Assembly (NCBI GenBank): GCA_039811685.1
Contig: JBDHZC010000003.1
Span: 192,001-256,000, forward strand
Reading direction: 5' to 3'
DNA: 64,000 nucleotides
Source of the DNA: Armatimonadota bacterium
Lineage (GTDB): Bacteria > Armatimonadota > UBA5829 > DSUL01
Shown: positions 38,407-47,874 of the stretch, in pieces
How positions within the stretch are numbered: position 1 is the first letter of the stretch
How the letters are laid out: each line of letters begins with the position of its first letter
Translations under genes and position numbers: made by a program
The notes under the pieces: model-generated
What the model was told of the DNA's origin: nothing
Databases searched by the model: none
What the model saw: the letters and a program-made list of their open reading frames with translations, nothing else

Positions 38407-39303
38407 ATGACCGCAAAGACGCTCAACTTGTCACTCGCAACCTGCCGCTGGGCTACGCTCACAGCGCTTGCCGGCGCTGTTGCTCTCTCCACACTTGCGG
38501 CACGGCAGTCTGCCTGGGCGGCGCCCTCTGCCAGTGATGTCCCTGCCAGTCGCTCGATAATCGAACTGGACTCTTTTCTCAGGAACGCTCAGGACAATGC
38601 CGGTGACCAGACACACGCCGAGTTGTGGACGCTGCTGGACTCTTGTCAGCAGCGTCCGGACAGTATCACAGACAGCTATGACCGCGCTCGTCTGGGGTCG
38701 GCGATCAGCGCCTGCAACCGCAAGAGTGATTTTGACCGGCTCCTGAGACTCTACGACGCGGAACCTTCCGCCTACTCCAGGCTGACTGTGTTTCTGCGCC
38801 CGCTGTCAAGCTTCTGGATTTCGCGCACTCTGGCCTCGGCTCCCATCGCTCGCAGTAGCTGGCCGCCATTGGGTTCATCTCTGCCCGAAATGCCCTCGAG
38901 TGTCGGGCAGATGTCAGAATATATCCAGACTTGCTGGCCGGAATTTCAGGCTGTCAGGCTTGCGGCTCTGACTGTTGAGTTGCCTCCGGAAGTCACAGAG
39001 TGGAGCAATCCCGTTAGTGTGTCGCTGTGGCGCGACTATCATCCAGACAGGCTTCAGGGGAAGCTGGTATTCGGCCAGCAAGATTTCATGCTGGCCGATC
39101 CTGTAGAGTTGCGCTCCAGAGAGCCGAGATTTCCTCAGGTTGGACGGGGCGTCTACCGAGTTGAGGTGCATATCCCTGGCGGGCATATGTGGATGGCAAG
39201 GGGCGTAGTCATGGACGGGCGCGATCAGACAGTGACGTTGCGGGATACTGGTCGGGAGGCCACTGCGCCAATTGTTCGAGGAAAAAAGAATAGCGCCGGA
39301 TGA
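38407..39303 (+). CDS. Hypothetical exported protein
   Basis: GGAGGG RBS, signal peptide ending AWA-A, and stop overlapping the next start. No recognisable family. Confidence 0.55.
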   Translation: MTAKTLNLSLATCRWATLTALAGAVALSTLAARQSAWAAPSASDVPASRSIIELDSFLRNAQDNAGDQTHAELWTLLDSCQQRPDSITDSYDRARLGSAISACNRKSDFDRLLRLYDAEPSAYSRLTVFLRPLSSFWISRTLASAPIARSSWPPLGSSLPEMPSSVGQMSEYIQTCWPEFQAVRLAALTVELPPEVTEWSNPVSVSLWRDYHPDRLQGKLVFGQQDFMLADPVELRSREPRFPQVGRGVYRVEVHIPGGHMWMARGVVMDGRDQTVTLRDTGREATAPIVRGKKNSAG

Positions 39304-40226
39304 TGACCCGGCGTGATCTGGTTCGCGCGTCGTGTGCGTCGCTGGCAGCTCTGTTCCTGCGCGGCGCGTCCGCATCCGCCGCAACCTCTGCCACGCGGGA
39401 ACAGAACGGCCCGCAGAGAGATCTCCCTGCTATGAAACTGGGACTTGTTACGTACAATCTTGCGGCCGGTTGGGACCTCCCGATGGTGATCAACCGCTGC
39501 AGGCAGACTGGCTATCAGGGCGTCGAGCTTCGAACCACTCACGCCCACGGTGTAGAGCCGGATATTAGCGTGACCCGCCGGAAAGAAGTCCGCCAGATGT
39601 TTGCGGAGTCCGGCCTCACCCTCTGGGGCCTTGGCACAGCCTGTGAGTTCCATCGCGACAATCCCGCTCTCCTGCGAGAGAATATCGAGCTTACCAAGCG
39701 CTTCTGCGAACTTGCGAGAGATGTCGGAGCGCGCGGCGTGAAAGTCCGGCCGAATGGGCTTGTTGAGGGTGTTGCGGAAGACAGGACTCTGAAGCAGATT
39801 GCCAACGCCCTGAAGGAGTGCGGCGACGCTGGAGGCGACAACGGCGTGGAGATATGGGTGGAGATGCACGGCGCTCAGACTCAGGAACCGCGCAGGATGC
39901 GCAGAATAATGGATCTCACAGCCCATCCGAACGTCGGTGTGACCTGGAACTCAAACCCTGTGGATGTCACAGACGGCAGCGTCAGGGACAGCTTTTTGTT
40001 GATGAAAGACTTCATTCGCTCTGTCCACATCAACGAGTTGACCAGTGGCTACCCATGGCGCGAACTTTTTTCGCTGCTCAAAGGCGTTGGCTACAACCGC
40101 TTCACCCTGCAGGAGATTCAGGGCATCGAGTCCTGCTCCTCCGAGCAGGACATTCTGCGGTTTATGAGATATTACAGAAGTCTTTGGGAAGAGCTGAGCC
40201 GCTCATCCGCTTCGATAGAGAAATGA
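39300..40226 (+). CDS. Tat-exported sugar phosphate isomerase/epimerase (xylose isomerase-like TIM barrel)
   Basis: TRRDLV Tat motif; GVELRTTHAHGVE, GVKVRPN, IWVEMHG, HINEL. Confidence 0.85.
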   Translation: MMTRRDLVRASCASLAALFLRGASASAATSATREQNGPQRDLPAMKLGLVTYNLAAGWDLPMVINRCRQTGYQGVELRTTHAHGVEPDISVTRRKEVRQMFAESGLTLWGLGTACEFHRDNPALLRENIELTKRFCELARDVGARGVKVRPNGLVEGVAEDRTLKQIANALKECGDAGGDNGVEIWVEMHGAQTQEPRRMRRIMDLTAHPNVGVTWNSNPVDVTDGSVRDSFLLMKDFIRSVHINELTSGYPWRELFSLLKGVGYNRFTLQEIQGIESCSSEQDILRFMRYYRSLWEELSRSSASIEK

Positions 40227-40236
40227 GAGTAGTAAC

Positions 40237-41151
40237 GTGAAATCTGAGAAAATCGGCCGCCGGACTTTGCTGAAAGGCGCGCTCGGAGCAGGCGCCGGTC
40301 TTGTTATGGGGTCCTCAGCGCATGCCATAGCGCCAATCAAGCGCCCTGACTCAGGTCCAGGGAGGCTGAGGCTCAGTTGTGCAGCATACAGCTTCCGGTA
40401 TCAGCTTCAGGGGCAGGACTCGGCCCATCCGATGACTATGCTGGAGTTCATCTCCAATTGCGCTAAATGGGGATGTGACGCAGTGGAGCTGACCTCATAC
40501 TACTTCGATGATCCGCCTACTGACGCTTATGTGCTCTCTTTGAAGAAGGCCGCTTTTCTGCACGGGCTGGACGTTTCCGGAATGCCGATAGGAACCAATT
40601 ACTGTAGCGCAGATCCGGCTGAGCGCGCTGCGCAGATTGCGCACACCAAGAAGTGGATTGATCGCGCCGCGCTTTTGGGGGCGCCCTGCATCCGCGTCTT
40701 TGCCGGTGGAGACGCCAAGGGCAACATCGAAGAGCAGCGAAAGTGGTGCGTGGATGCTCTCAACGAGTGTCTCGAGGCGGCAGGGAAGGTCGGTATCTAT
40801 CTTGCGATGGAGAACCATGGTGGCATTGTCGCCGGGCCGGATGAGCTTCTTACGCTCGTGAAGATGGTTGATTCTGAGTGGTTCGGGGTCAATCTGGACA
40901 CGGGAAACTTCCACACCGACGATCCGTACAGGGATGTCGCTAGGGTTGCACCGTATGCGGTTGTCGCTCAGGTGAAAACCGAAGTGGTGCAGGGTGGCAA
41001 GCGTCAGGATGCGGATTTGGGCAGGATGATGAAGATTTTGCGTGACTCTGGTTACCACGGTTATGTCGCACTCGAGTACGAAGCTGCTGCGCCCGCCCTC
41101 GAAGCGGTGCCGAAGCATCTGGCGGATCTTCGACGTCTGATTCAAGACTAG
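40237..41151 (+). CDS. Tat-exported sugar phosphate isomerase/epimerase (xylose isomerase-like TIM barrel)
   Basis: GRRTLL Tat motif; AYSFR, DAVELTSYYF, IRVFAG, LAMENHGG, NLDTGNF, ALEYE. Confidence 0.88.
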   Translation: MKSEKIGRRTLLKGALGAGAGLVMGSSAHAIAPIKRPDSGPGRLRLSCAAYSFRYQLQGQDSAHPMTMLEFISNCAKWGCDAVELTSYYFDDPPTDAYVLSLKKAAFLHGLDVSGMPIGTNYCSADPAERAAQIAHTKKWIDRAALLGAPCIRVFAGGDAKGNIEEQRKWCVDALNECLEAAGKVGIYLAMENHGGIVAGPDELLTLVKMVDSEWFGVNLDTGNFHTDDPYRDVARVAPYAVVAQVKTEVVQGGKRQDADLGRMMKILRDSGYHGYVALEYEAAAPALEAVPKHLADLRRLIQD

Positions 41152-41296
41152 CTGGAGTCCGGTCCTTTTCACTGCGCCGCGCGTCGTCCGGGCAGGGAAT
41201 CTATCATCTCGCGTCCAATGTATGCTCGGAACCTCTGGCCGGGTAGCCCACCCAACGCGCAAGGCTACGGCGGCCGAGCAGATAGGAACCTTTTGT

Positions 41297-42727
41297 ATGC
41301 ATTTTGCTGACCCAGCAAGCGGAGCGCCGGAGGGCATTTCGGCTTCCGCGCAGTCCTTCTCCCGTCGAGACTTTCTGCGCCTTGGAGCTGGAGTCGCAGG
41401 CGCTCTGGCTCTCTCCCAGGGGCAAGTTGTGACCGCCGCTCCCCGCAAGCCCAACCTGGTTCTCATCTTCTCCGACCAGCAGCACTTCCAGGCGTTCGGA
41501 CTGATGGACTCGTCATTTGACACCCCGGCGATGAACGCTGTGGCCTCAGAAGGGACGGTCTTCGAAAACACGTTTTGTACGACACCACAATGCTCACCCA
41601 GCCGCTCGTCCATGATGACCGGGTTGTACCCGCACAAAACGGGCGTTATCGGGAATATCGGGGCGGCGGGCTTCGGTGAAATCGCGCAACTTGGCCTCAA
41701 GACAGTCGGTGTAGATCTCAAACGGGCCGGCTATCGCACGGCGTACTTTGGCAAGTGGCACCTCGGGGACGTCCCGACAGCCCGTGAGGGCTGGGATGAG
41801 ATATGGACGGTCCCCGGTGGTGATATTGACCCGGAAGTCACGCGCCGTGGCACTGCTTTTCTGGATAGCGTGCGAGACTCGCAACCTTTTGCGCTGGTGC
41901 TCTCATACGTCAATCCACACGACATCTATCACTTCGATCCGAATGTAGACAGCGGGCCGCGCGCCGCCATGCCTTCCACTTTTTACACGGAAACCTTCGC
42001 CGGGAAACCTGCCGTGCAGAAGCAGTTTATGACGGAGGATCAGGGTGAGCCGATCTGGTCAAAGCCAGAAGAAACGTGGGAGCGCTACAGGGGACTCTAC
42101 CGCGAAAAGACGCGGATGTACGATGAGCAGCTGGGGCAGGTGGTTTCCCGGCTGAAGGCGCGCGGTTTGTGGGAGAGCACTGTTCTGTTTGTCACCTCAG
42201 ACCACGGGGACATGGACGGCAACCACCGGCTCATTTTCAAAGGGCCTTTTATGTACGAACACATGGTGCGCGTGCCGCTGATTGCGCGCGTTCCGTCGGC
42301 CTTTGGCGGCCAGACGCGCCGTATTCGGGATGACGTGGTTCTTACCGACCTGGCCCCCACGCTGGCTGACTTCGCGGGTGTAACACGAGCGCCCTGTGAT
42401 GGATTTTCACTGAAGCCCGCTCTAACCGGCGCCGGTCCAGTGAGAGCTCGAGACTTCGTCATCAGCCAGTATTACGGCAAGCAGCGCTGGACAAACCCCA
42501 TCCGCATGATTCGCACGCCGCACTACAAGTACAACTTGTATCTTGACAACGGGGAAGAGCTCTACAATCTAAAAGACGACCCGCAGGAGTTGGTCAATCT
42601 GGCATCGGACTCTGGGTATCGCAAGACCTGCAAAGAGATGCGCGCGCAGTTGGAGCGCTGGATGCGGGAGAACTCAGACCCATTCCACCTCTACGGACTT
42701 ACGGACAGGGAAGGGGCGCCTGTTTAG
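41297..42727 (+). CDS. Tat-exported formylglycine-dependent sulfatase
   Basis: SRRDFL; PNLVLIFSDQ; CSPSR (CxPxR); GYRTAYFGKWHLG; TSDHGD; ELYNLKDDPQELVNLA. Confidence 0.92.
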   Translation: MHFADPASGAPEGISASAQSFSRRDFLRLGAGVAGALALSQGQVVTAAPRKPNLVLIFSDQQHFQAFGLMDSSFDTPAMNAVASEGTVFENTFCTTPQCSPSRSSMMTGLYPHKTGVIGNIGAAGFGEIAQLGLKTVGVDLKRAGYRTAYFGKWHLGDVPTAREGWDEIWTVPGGDIDPEVTRRGTAFLDSVRDSQPFALVLSYVNPHDIYHFDPNVDSGPRAAMPSTFYTETFAGKPAVQKQFMTEDQGEPIWSKPEETWERYRGLYREKTRMYDEQLGQVVSRLKARGLWESTVLFVTSDHGDMDGNHRLIFKGPFMYEHMVRVPLIARVPSAFGGQTRRIRDDVVLTDLAPTLADFAGVTRAPCDGFSLKPALTGAGPVRARDFVISQYYGKQRWTNPIRMIRTPHYKYNLYLDNGEELYNLKDDPQELVNLASDSGYRKTCKEMRAQLERWMRENSDPFHLYGLTDREGAPV

Positions 42728-42757
42728 CCACTGTCTGCTGCCTGCTGCTTTCGAAGT

Positions 42758-42786
42758 TTGACGGCAGACGGCTGGAGCGCTATACT
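42758..42786 (+). promoter_or_regulatory. sigma70-type promoter
   Basis: TTGACG-17 nt-TATACT. Confidence 0.5.
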
Positions 42787-42861
42787 TGGGCGCTTGAAGC
42801 AGACGGATCTTTTCGCGCGTCTGTCATCGGCGCTGGCTGGTATCGACAGGAGATTGAGACA

Positions 42862-43311
42862 ATGAATCAGAAATCAAAGGCCAAAGTCGGGGTGGTCGTG
42901 GCGATCATTCTGTTCGTGATCATCCAGTTGATTCCCGTCGAGCGCACTAACCCTCCTGTCAGTGCCGAGATGCCCGCGCCACCGCATGTCCGGGAGATTC
43001 TCAAGCGCTCCTGCTACGACTGCCACTCCAACGAGACTGTCTGGCCGTGGTACAGCCGGGTCGCGCCCGCATCGTGGCTGGTGTCCAGAGACGTCACGGA
43101 AGGCCGCAAGGAGCTCAATGTCTCTGAATGGGATCGCTACAATGAGCGGCGGCGGGCCAAGAAGATGCGCGAGATCTGGAAAGAAGTTGACAAGGGTGAC
43201 ATGCCTCTCCGGATTTATCTGCCAATGCACCCCAACGCAAAGCTCACTGAAAAGGACAAACAAGCGCTGCACGAATGGGTCGTCGCCTCAGGCGCACAAG
43301 AAAAGCCGTAG
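42862..43311 (+). CDS. Haem-binding domain (Haem_bd) c-type cytochrome
   Basis: N-terminal TM helix, then ILKRSCYDCHSNET.WPWYS.VAP.SWL...GRKELN, MPL..Y..MH. Confidence 0.88.
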   Translation: MNQKSKAKVGVVVAIILFVIIQLIPVERTNPPVSAEMPAPPHVREILKRSCYDCHSNETVWPWYSRVAPASWLVSRDVTEGRKELNVSEWDRYNERRRAKKMREIWKEVDKGDMPLRIYLPMHPNAKLTEKDKQALHEWVVASGAQEKP

Positions 43312-43383
43312 CTTCGCGTGTCAACCTCTCCGGTCTTCTCTGGTCTGCGCGCGCAGCAAGCTAATCTCGGACGCTGATCCGTT

Positions 43384-44754
43384 CTAGATACGACCTTCGC
43401 GCTTTATCTGAAGATACTTGTTGAGCGTCGCTACTGTAGCTTCCGCAGGCGCGACGTCCAGTGTCAGAATACCTCTGGCTTCAAACTCGGCCAGAGCTCG
43501 CCGCCTGTCCGCCATCACGGACGCCGCCACGGTCTGCCTGTAGAGTTCGCGCTCAGTCTCCGGCCGTTTCTGCAAGATGTCTTTCAGCTCATAGTCTGAA
43601 ATGGCGACTACCAGAATCAGGTGGCGGGCGGTCAGGTAGTGCAGGTCCTGTAACAGCGATTCCGAGGAGACCGGATCTATCAGATCTGTCATGACAATGA
43701 AAAGTGAGCGCCTGCGCACAGTGTAGGCCAGACGAAGAAACACCGCGCGGTAGTTTGGTTCTTCTGCGCCCGCTTCAAGAGGTGTGAGAGCCTGCATAAT
43801 TCTGTCAAAACAGCCCGGCCCTTTCCCCGGCGGGACAAGCGTCTGCATCTCCTGGCCGAAGGCCGCAAGACCTACCTGATCGCGCGCCTGAGTCGCCACC
43901 CACGCAAGCAACACACTGGTGTTGATGGCGTAATCCGCCTTGGTCATGGGAATCATCTTCGGACCTTCGATCACCTGTCGCGCCATCGTCCGTCCCAGGT
44001 CAAGCGTAAGGATAATATTCTGACTGCGCTCGAACTCATACTCGCGAGCAATCAACTTGCGTCTGCGGGCGGTGGCTTTCCACTCCACGTTGCGCATTCC
44101 ATCGCCGGGCATCCAGTCTCGCAGGGAATTGAACTCAAGTCCCGTTCCGCGCAATCGGCTGAGGTGGACGCCCATCAAGTTGAGCCGGTTCTCTCTCGCC
44201 AGCAAAGCGTGCTCGCGCGTTGTGGTGACGTTTGGCAGCACGCGCACTGACTGCGCTGCGGGTTGCGCCCATTGCCGGCAGATTAGCCCAATCTGGCTGG
44301 ACATCCGAATCGAGACAGGACCAAAAGTATATTCACCGCGCTTGGCTGGTCGTACATTGTAAACCAACTCTGCGCTGAGACCCGGGAGGGCGAGTGCGCT
44401 TCTTCCGGCATGGGACGCAAAAAGCTCTTCCGGCGGGCTGTCTTTCACGGCGGCAAAAAGTGGCGTCGCGTTGGGATTGTGCAGGCGAATGCAGATATCG
44501 GCAGGCTCTGCAAGAGACATAACCTCGGACGCATCCCGCTCAACATCCAGCCGCTCGCTCCGGTGCAACAGCGCCAGTTCGTAAGCAGCGAGCAGGACCA
44601 CGGCCGTCATCCACACAGCGTTTAGCAGAACCAGCGGCTTTCCAGCTACCGGAGCAAGTGCCAGAGTGCCGGCGCCAATCGCAATCGCAAGGGCAAGCCG
44701 GGGAGTGGGCAGATAGACAGATCGGCCGGCCTTTCTATCCGCTACTGCTTTCAC
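43384..44754 (-). CDS. DUF58 (vWA-like) protein
   Basis: GLEFNSLRDWMPGDGMRNVEWKATARR..LIAREYEFERSQ, DLGRTM, DQVGL, RRSL...TDL. Confidence 0.88.
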   Translation of the reverse strand: MKAVADRKAGRSVYLPTPRLALAIAIGAGTLALAPVAGKPLVLLNAVWMTAVVLLAAYELALLHRSERLDVERDASEVMSLAEPADICIRLHNPNATPLFAAVKDSPPEELFASHAGRSALALPGLSAELVYNVRPAKRGEYTFGPVSIRMSSQIGLICRQWAQPAAQSVRVLPNVTTTREHALLARENRLNLMGVHLSRLRGTGLEFNSLRDWMPGDGMRNVEWKATARRRKLIAREYEFERSQNIILTLDLGRTMARQVIEGPKMIPMTKADYAINTSVLLAWVATQARDQVGLAAFGQEMQTLVPPGKGPGCFDRIMQALTPLEAGAEEPNYRAVFLRLAYTVRRRSLFIVMTDLIDPVSSESLLQDLHYLTARHLILVVAISDYELKDILQKRPETERELYRQTVAASVMADRRRALAEFEARGILTLDVAPAEATVATLNKYLQIKREGRI

Positions 44755-45698
44755 CGGGGTACCGGCACGTCCGACAGTATCTGATCTACCACAGCATCCG
44801 TGTTCAGTCCCTCGATCATGGCGTCCGGGCGAAGGAGAAGGCGGTGACGGAGAACCGGATGCGCCACCTGTTGCACGTCGTCCGGAAGTAGATAGTCACG
44901 ACCTTCAAGCGCGGCACAGGTCTTGGCCGTCATCAGCGCCGCGACGCCAGCGCGCGGACTGGCGCCAAGAGAAAGAAGCGACGACTCACGGGTGGCGCGC
45001 ACGATATCTGCTACGTATTTCAGCAGTGACTCCTGCGCTGTCACCTTTCTGCACTCTTCGCGCACCGAATGTAAGAGCTCCGGCTGCGCGATCTGCTGGA
45101 TTCCGCTGGCCTGAAGCCGGTGTGGATCGAAGCCTTCATGGGCGCGCGTCAAGACGCCAATCTCTTCTGCCTCCGCCGGATAGCCGACCGCAATCTTCAT
45201 CATAAACCGGTCGAGTTGCGCTTCCGGAAGTGGGTACGTCCCTTCGTACTCAATTGGGTTTTGTGTCGCTGTGACGAAGAAATACTCGGGCAGGCTCTGA
45301 GTGTCGCCATCAATTGTGACTGTGCGCTCCTCCATCGCTTCCAGAAGCGCGGCCTGCGTCTTGGCTGGCGTGCGGTTGATCTCATCGGCCAGCAGCACGT
45401 CCGTAAAGATCGGCCCCTTGCGCAGCGAAAACTGCGACGTCGCCATATCGAAGACATTGGTCCCCGTTACGTCGCTGGGCATCAGGTCCGGCGTAAACTG
45501 TATGCGCTTGAAACGCAAGCCCAGGACAGTCGCCAGCGTCTTTGCCAGGAGCGTTTTTGCGACACCGGGGACTCCTTCAAGCAGCGCATGGCCTCCTGAG
45601 AAAAAACAGATGAGCAGCTCAGTTACCGCCTTATCCTGCCCAACCACCGCCTGCGCAATCTGCGCTCGAATCTGATCTGCCAACTCCGCGGGCTTCAT
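44751..45698 (-). CDS. MoxR family AAA+ ATPase
   Basis: LLEGVPGVAKT, RIQFTPDLMPSD, LADEINRTPAKTQAALLEAMEE, ATQNPIEYEGTYPLPEAQLDRF, GASPR. Confidence 0.95.
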   Translation of the reverse strand: MKPAELADQIRAQIAQAVVGQDKAVTELLICFFSGGHALLEGVPGVAKTLLAKTLATVLGLRFKRIQFTPDLMPSDVTGTNVFDMATSQFSLRKGPIFTDVLLADEINRTPAKTQAALLEAMEERTVTIDGDTQSLPEYFFVTATQNPIEYEGTYPLPEAQLDRFMMKIAVGYPAEAEEIGVLTRAHEGFDPHRLQASGIQQIAQPELLHSVREECRKVTAQESLLKYVADIVRATRESSLLSLGASPRAGVAALMTAKTCAALEGRDYLLPDDVQQVAHPVLRHRLLLRPDAMIEGLNTDAVVDQILSDVPVPR

Positions 45699-46915
45699 CG
45701 CTGTTGTTTCGCTCCTCTCAAATAGTCAACCGTGTCACGCCACTGCTGCGCCAGATGCAGAGTATCGCTGTTTTCATCTCCCGTGTCCGCTCGTCTGGCT
45801 GCTTCTACCAGCTCTCTGATCTGCCGGCCATCTGCGCCGCGCCGGGCTGCTCGCTCAGCCAGAGTCTGGGCACTGGCAGACGGCGCCAGACCGATCTCAT
45901 GCGCCAGATCCTGAACAAACCGATCCCCGAGCGTCCTACGGGCCAGGGCGTTGGCTCTTGCACGTTCCAGCAGTAGCGCAAGCGCCGTCACGTATTCTGT
46001 CCTTTCTCGTGGTTTTCGCTGCGGACGTCGAATCTGTCCGAAGCGCGTCGCCCGGAAGATCAACCACAGTCCGAGTGCCAGAGTCGCCTGCCAGACGCCC
46101 AGCCACGTAAACCTGTTAAACAGCGGCTCCTGGCTGACGTCGTGGTAGCCGTGGTGAAACTCATCAAAGATTATCGCCCTGTGAGTCTGGGGCGGACCGA
46201 TGATATTCAGCAGAAAACGGATGTTGTCTCCGGCCCCCAGCCATTTGTTGCCCATCACAGAGGGAACGGACAGAGTGTAGATAGTTCCTCGACCCATCCG
46301 CGACATTCCCACTGCCATTCCACTGCTGTCTCCCAAAAGCTGGACGATTGGCGTTTCTGTCTTCTTGTCTTTCACCCACTCGCGCCTTAGAACATTCCAC
46401 GTGCGCCCCACAATTCGTGACTCGCCCGGCGACGACAGTGTGCGGACGCCGAAAAGCCGCGGGGACGGCAGGGTAGGGTGGAGTGACAGACTCCGGTCTT
46501 GGAAGCCAGTAGCTCTGTCCATGTTCGCATCACTGGTGGGGGGACTTGCGGCTTCCTCGGAAGCAAAGACATCAGCAGCCAGCACAAGCGTGTTGCCGCT
46601 GGAAACCCATCGCCGCAAAGCTGTCAGCTCCTTCTGGCTCAATGCTTCGTCCGGCTGCACTATGAACAGCGTTCCGGCGTTTGATAGGTGGGTCAGAGGT
46701 TTGCGAAAGCGCTGCGTCCTGTACCCTGCCTGGGTCAATCCGCGGTACAGCGCCTTCAACCCGCGCGTCCGCGCGGAGTAACTTGAAGAGCTCATAGAGA
46801 GTAGAGTGTCGCGCTGCCTGGGAGAGGACGCCAGGCTGAGGAGAATGGCCAGCAACACCGTAACCGTCAGCATCACTCCTACGACGACGATGTCTTTGCG
46901 ATTCACCGCAGTCAC
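45695..46915 (-). CDS. DUF4350 domain membrane protein
   Basis: SSYSARTRGLKALY, LRRWVSSGNTLVL, IIFDEFHHG, TRFG...EYVTALALL. Confidence 0.8.
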   Translation of the reverse strand: MTAVNRKDIVVVGVMLTVTVLLAILLSLASSPRQRDTLLSMSSSSYSARTRGLKALYRGLTQAGYRTQRFRKPLTHLSNAGTLFIVQPDEALSQKELTALRRWVSSGNTLVLAADVFASEEAASPPTSDANMDRATGFQDRSLSLHPTLPSPRLFGVRTLSSPGESRIVGRTWNVLRREWVKDKKTETPIVQLLGDSSGMAVGMSRMGRGTIYTLSVPSVMGNKWLGAGDNIRFLLNIIGPPQTHRAIIFDEFHHGYHDVSQEPLFNRFTWLGVWQATLALGLWLIFRATRFGQIRRPQRKPRERTEYVTALALLLERARANALARRTLGDRFVQDLAHEIGLAPSASAQTLAERAARRGADGRQIRELVEAARRADTGDENSDTLHLAQQWRDTVDYLRGAKQQR

Positions 46916-47874
46916 AGGACTCGAAGCACCTGCTGGTAATGACCGAACATGCTGGCGCAGTCATCGGACGTGGCAGTCTCGATGTGGTAGAAACGGTCGT
47001 CAAAGAGATCAGTCGCCTCCCGCATGGCCTGCTTCAGATCTGGGCGCTGCAAGCGGCGGAGCACTTCGCGATTGGTCATCCCAGGCTCCATCCGGACAGC
47101 GCCAGCCTCGTGCAGACGAAGGAGCGTCGCCCGGTACAGAAGGCGCAGCGCCTGCAGGAACTCACCTCTCTTTTGCAGATCACGGGCCCTGTCCAGAGCG
47201 TCTTCGGGAATCTCAGGCTCATCAGACAGATGCTCACCAGGCTTTGCTGAAGCTCTCCGGCGCAATAGTCCATTTCGGAATATCGCGATCCACGCCAGCG
47301 CCATCAGAAGGACAGCCACCGCCGCAGTTACAACCCAGGACAATGCCTGTATCGCCGCGCCTGTGCCCGCGCCTCCCCGCCCAAGAAGACCGGAGAGCCA
47401 GCGCATCATCCCTTCCACTGCCTGCCGCAAGAACTCCAGAAACTCCGGCGAGCGGTACTCTGAACGTTCCAGTTCCTTGCGCAGAGCCTGATCCGCTCTC
47501 TGCTCGGAAGGGGCTGCCGGTTCATCAAGCGCATCCGCGGCGGTCTGCAGCCTTTCGGCAACATTCTTCAGAGTCTCAGAGTCCACGGAACCGGATTTGG
47601 GCTTCAGGAGACGCACATCTGTCTGGTCGAACAGTGGCGCGCTTTCAACGCCCCAAGATTCCATCTGCACGAAGTAAGGTCGGGTGAGTGGCTCCAGAGC
47701 GTTTGCCGCTGCGGAGAGATCATTGCCTGCGCGCGCGCTTGCCTGAAGGCGTGCCTGTGCCGTGTGGATAAGGCCGCGGTACTGCTCGAGTGTAATTGCC
47801 GGAGACTTCGCCTGGATAGTTGAGCCAAGCGCCAGTGCCAGACACGCCGTAGCTACCGCCGGAAAGGGTCTCAT
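46912..47874 (-). CDS. DUF4129 domain protein
   Basis: GEFLQALRLLYRATL..L...TNREV..., FDDRFY, within the MoxR operon. Confidence 0.75.
   Translation of the reverse strand: MRPFPAVATACLALALGSTIQAKSPAITLEQYRGLIHTAQARLQASARAGNDLSAAANALEPLTRPYFVQMESWGVESAPLFDQTDVRLLKPKSGSVDSETLKNVAERLQTAADALDEPAAPSEQRADQALRKELERSEYRSPEFLEFLRQAVEGMMRWLSGLLGRGGAGTGAAIQALSWVVTAAVAVLLMALAWIAIFRNGLLRRRASAKPGEHLSDEPEIPEDALDRARDLQKRGEFLQALRLLYRATLLRLHEAGAVRMEPGMTNREVLRRLQRPDLKQAMREATDLFDDRFYHIETATSDDCASMFGHYQQVLRVL

Noticed and set aside
40495..41721. 408-aa antisense ORF, and similar long shadow ORFs such as 3900..4919, 34860..35750 and 49524..50615
   Set aside because: They lie antisense to well-supported genes and have low-complexity Arg/Pro/Ala-rich translations typical of GC-rich shadow frames.
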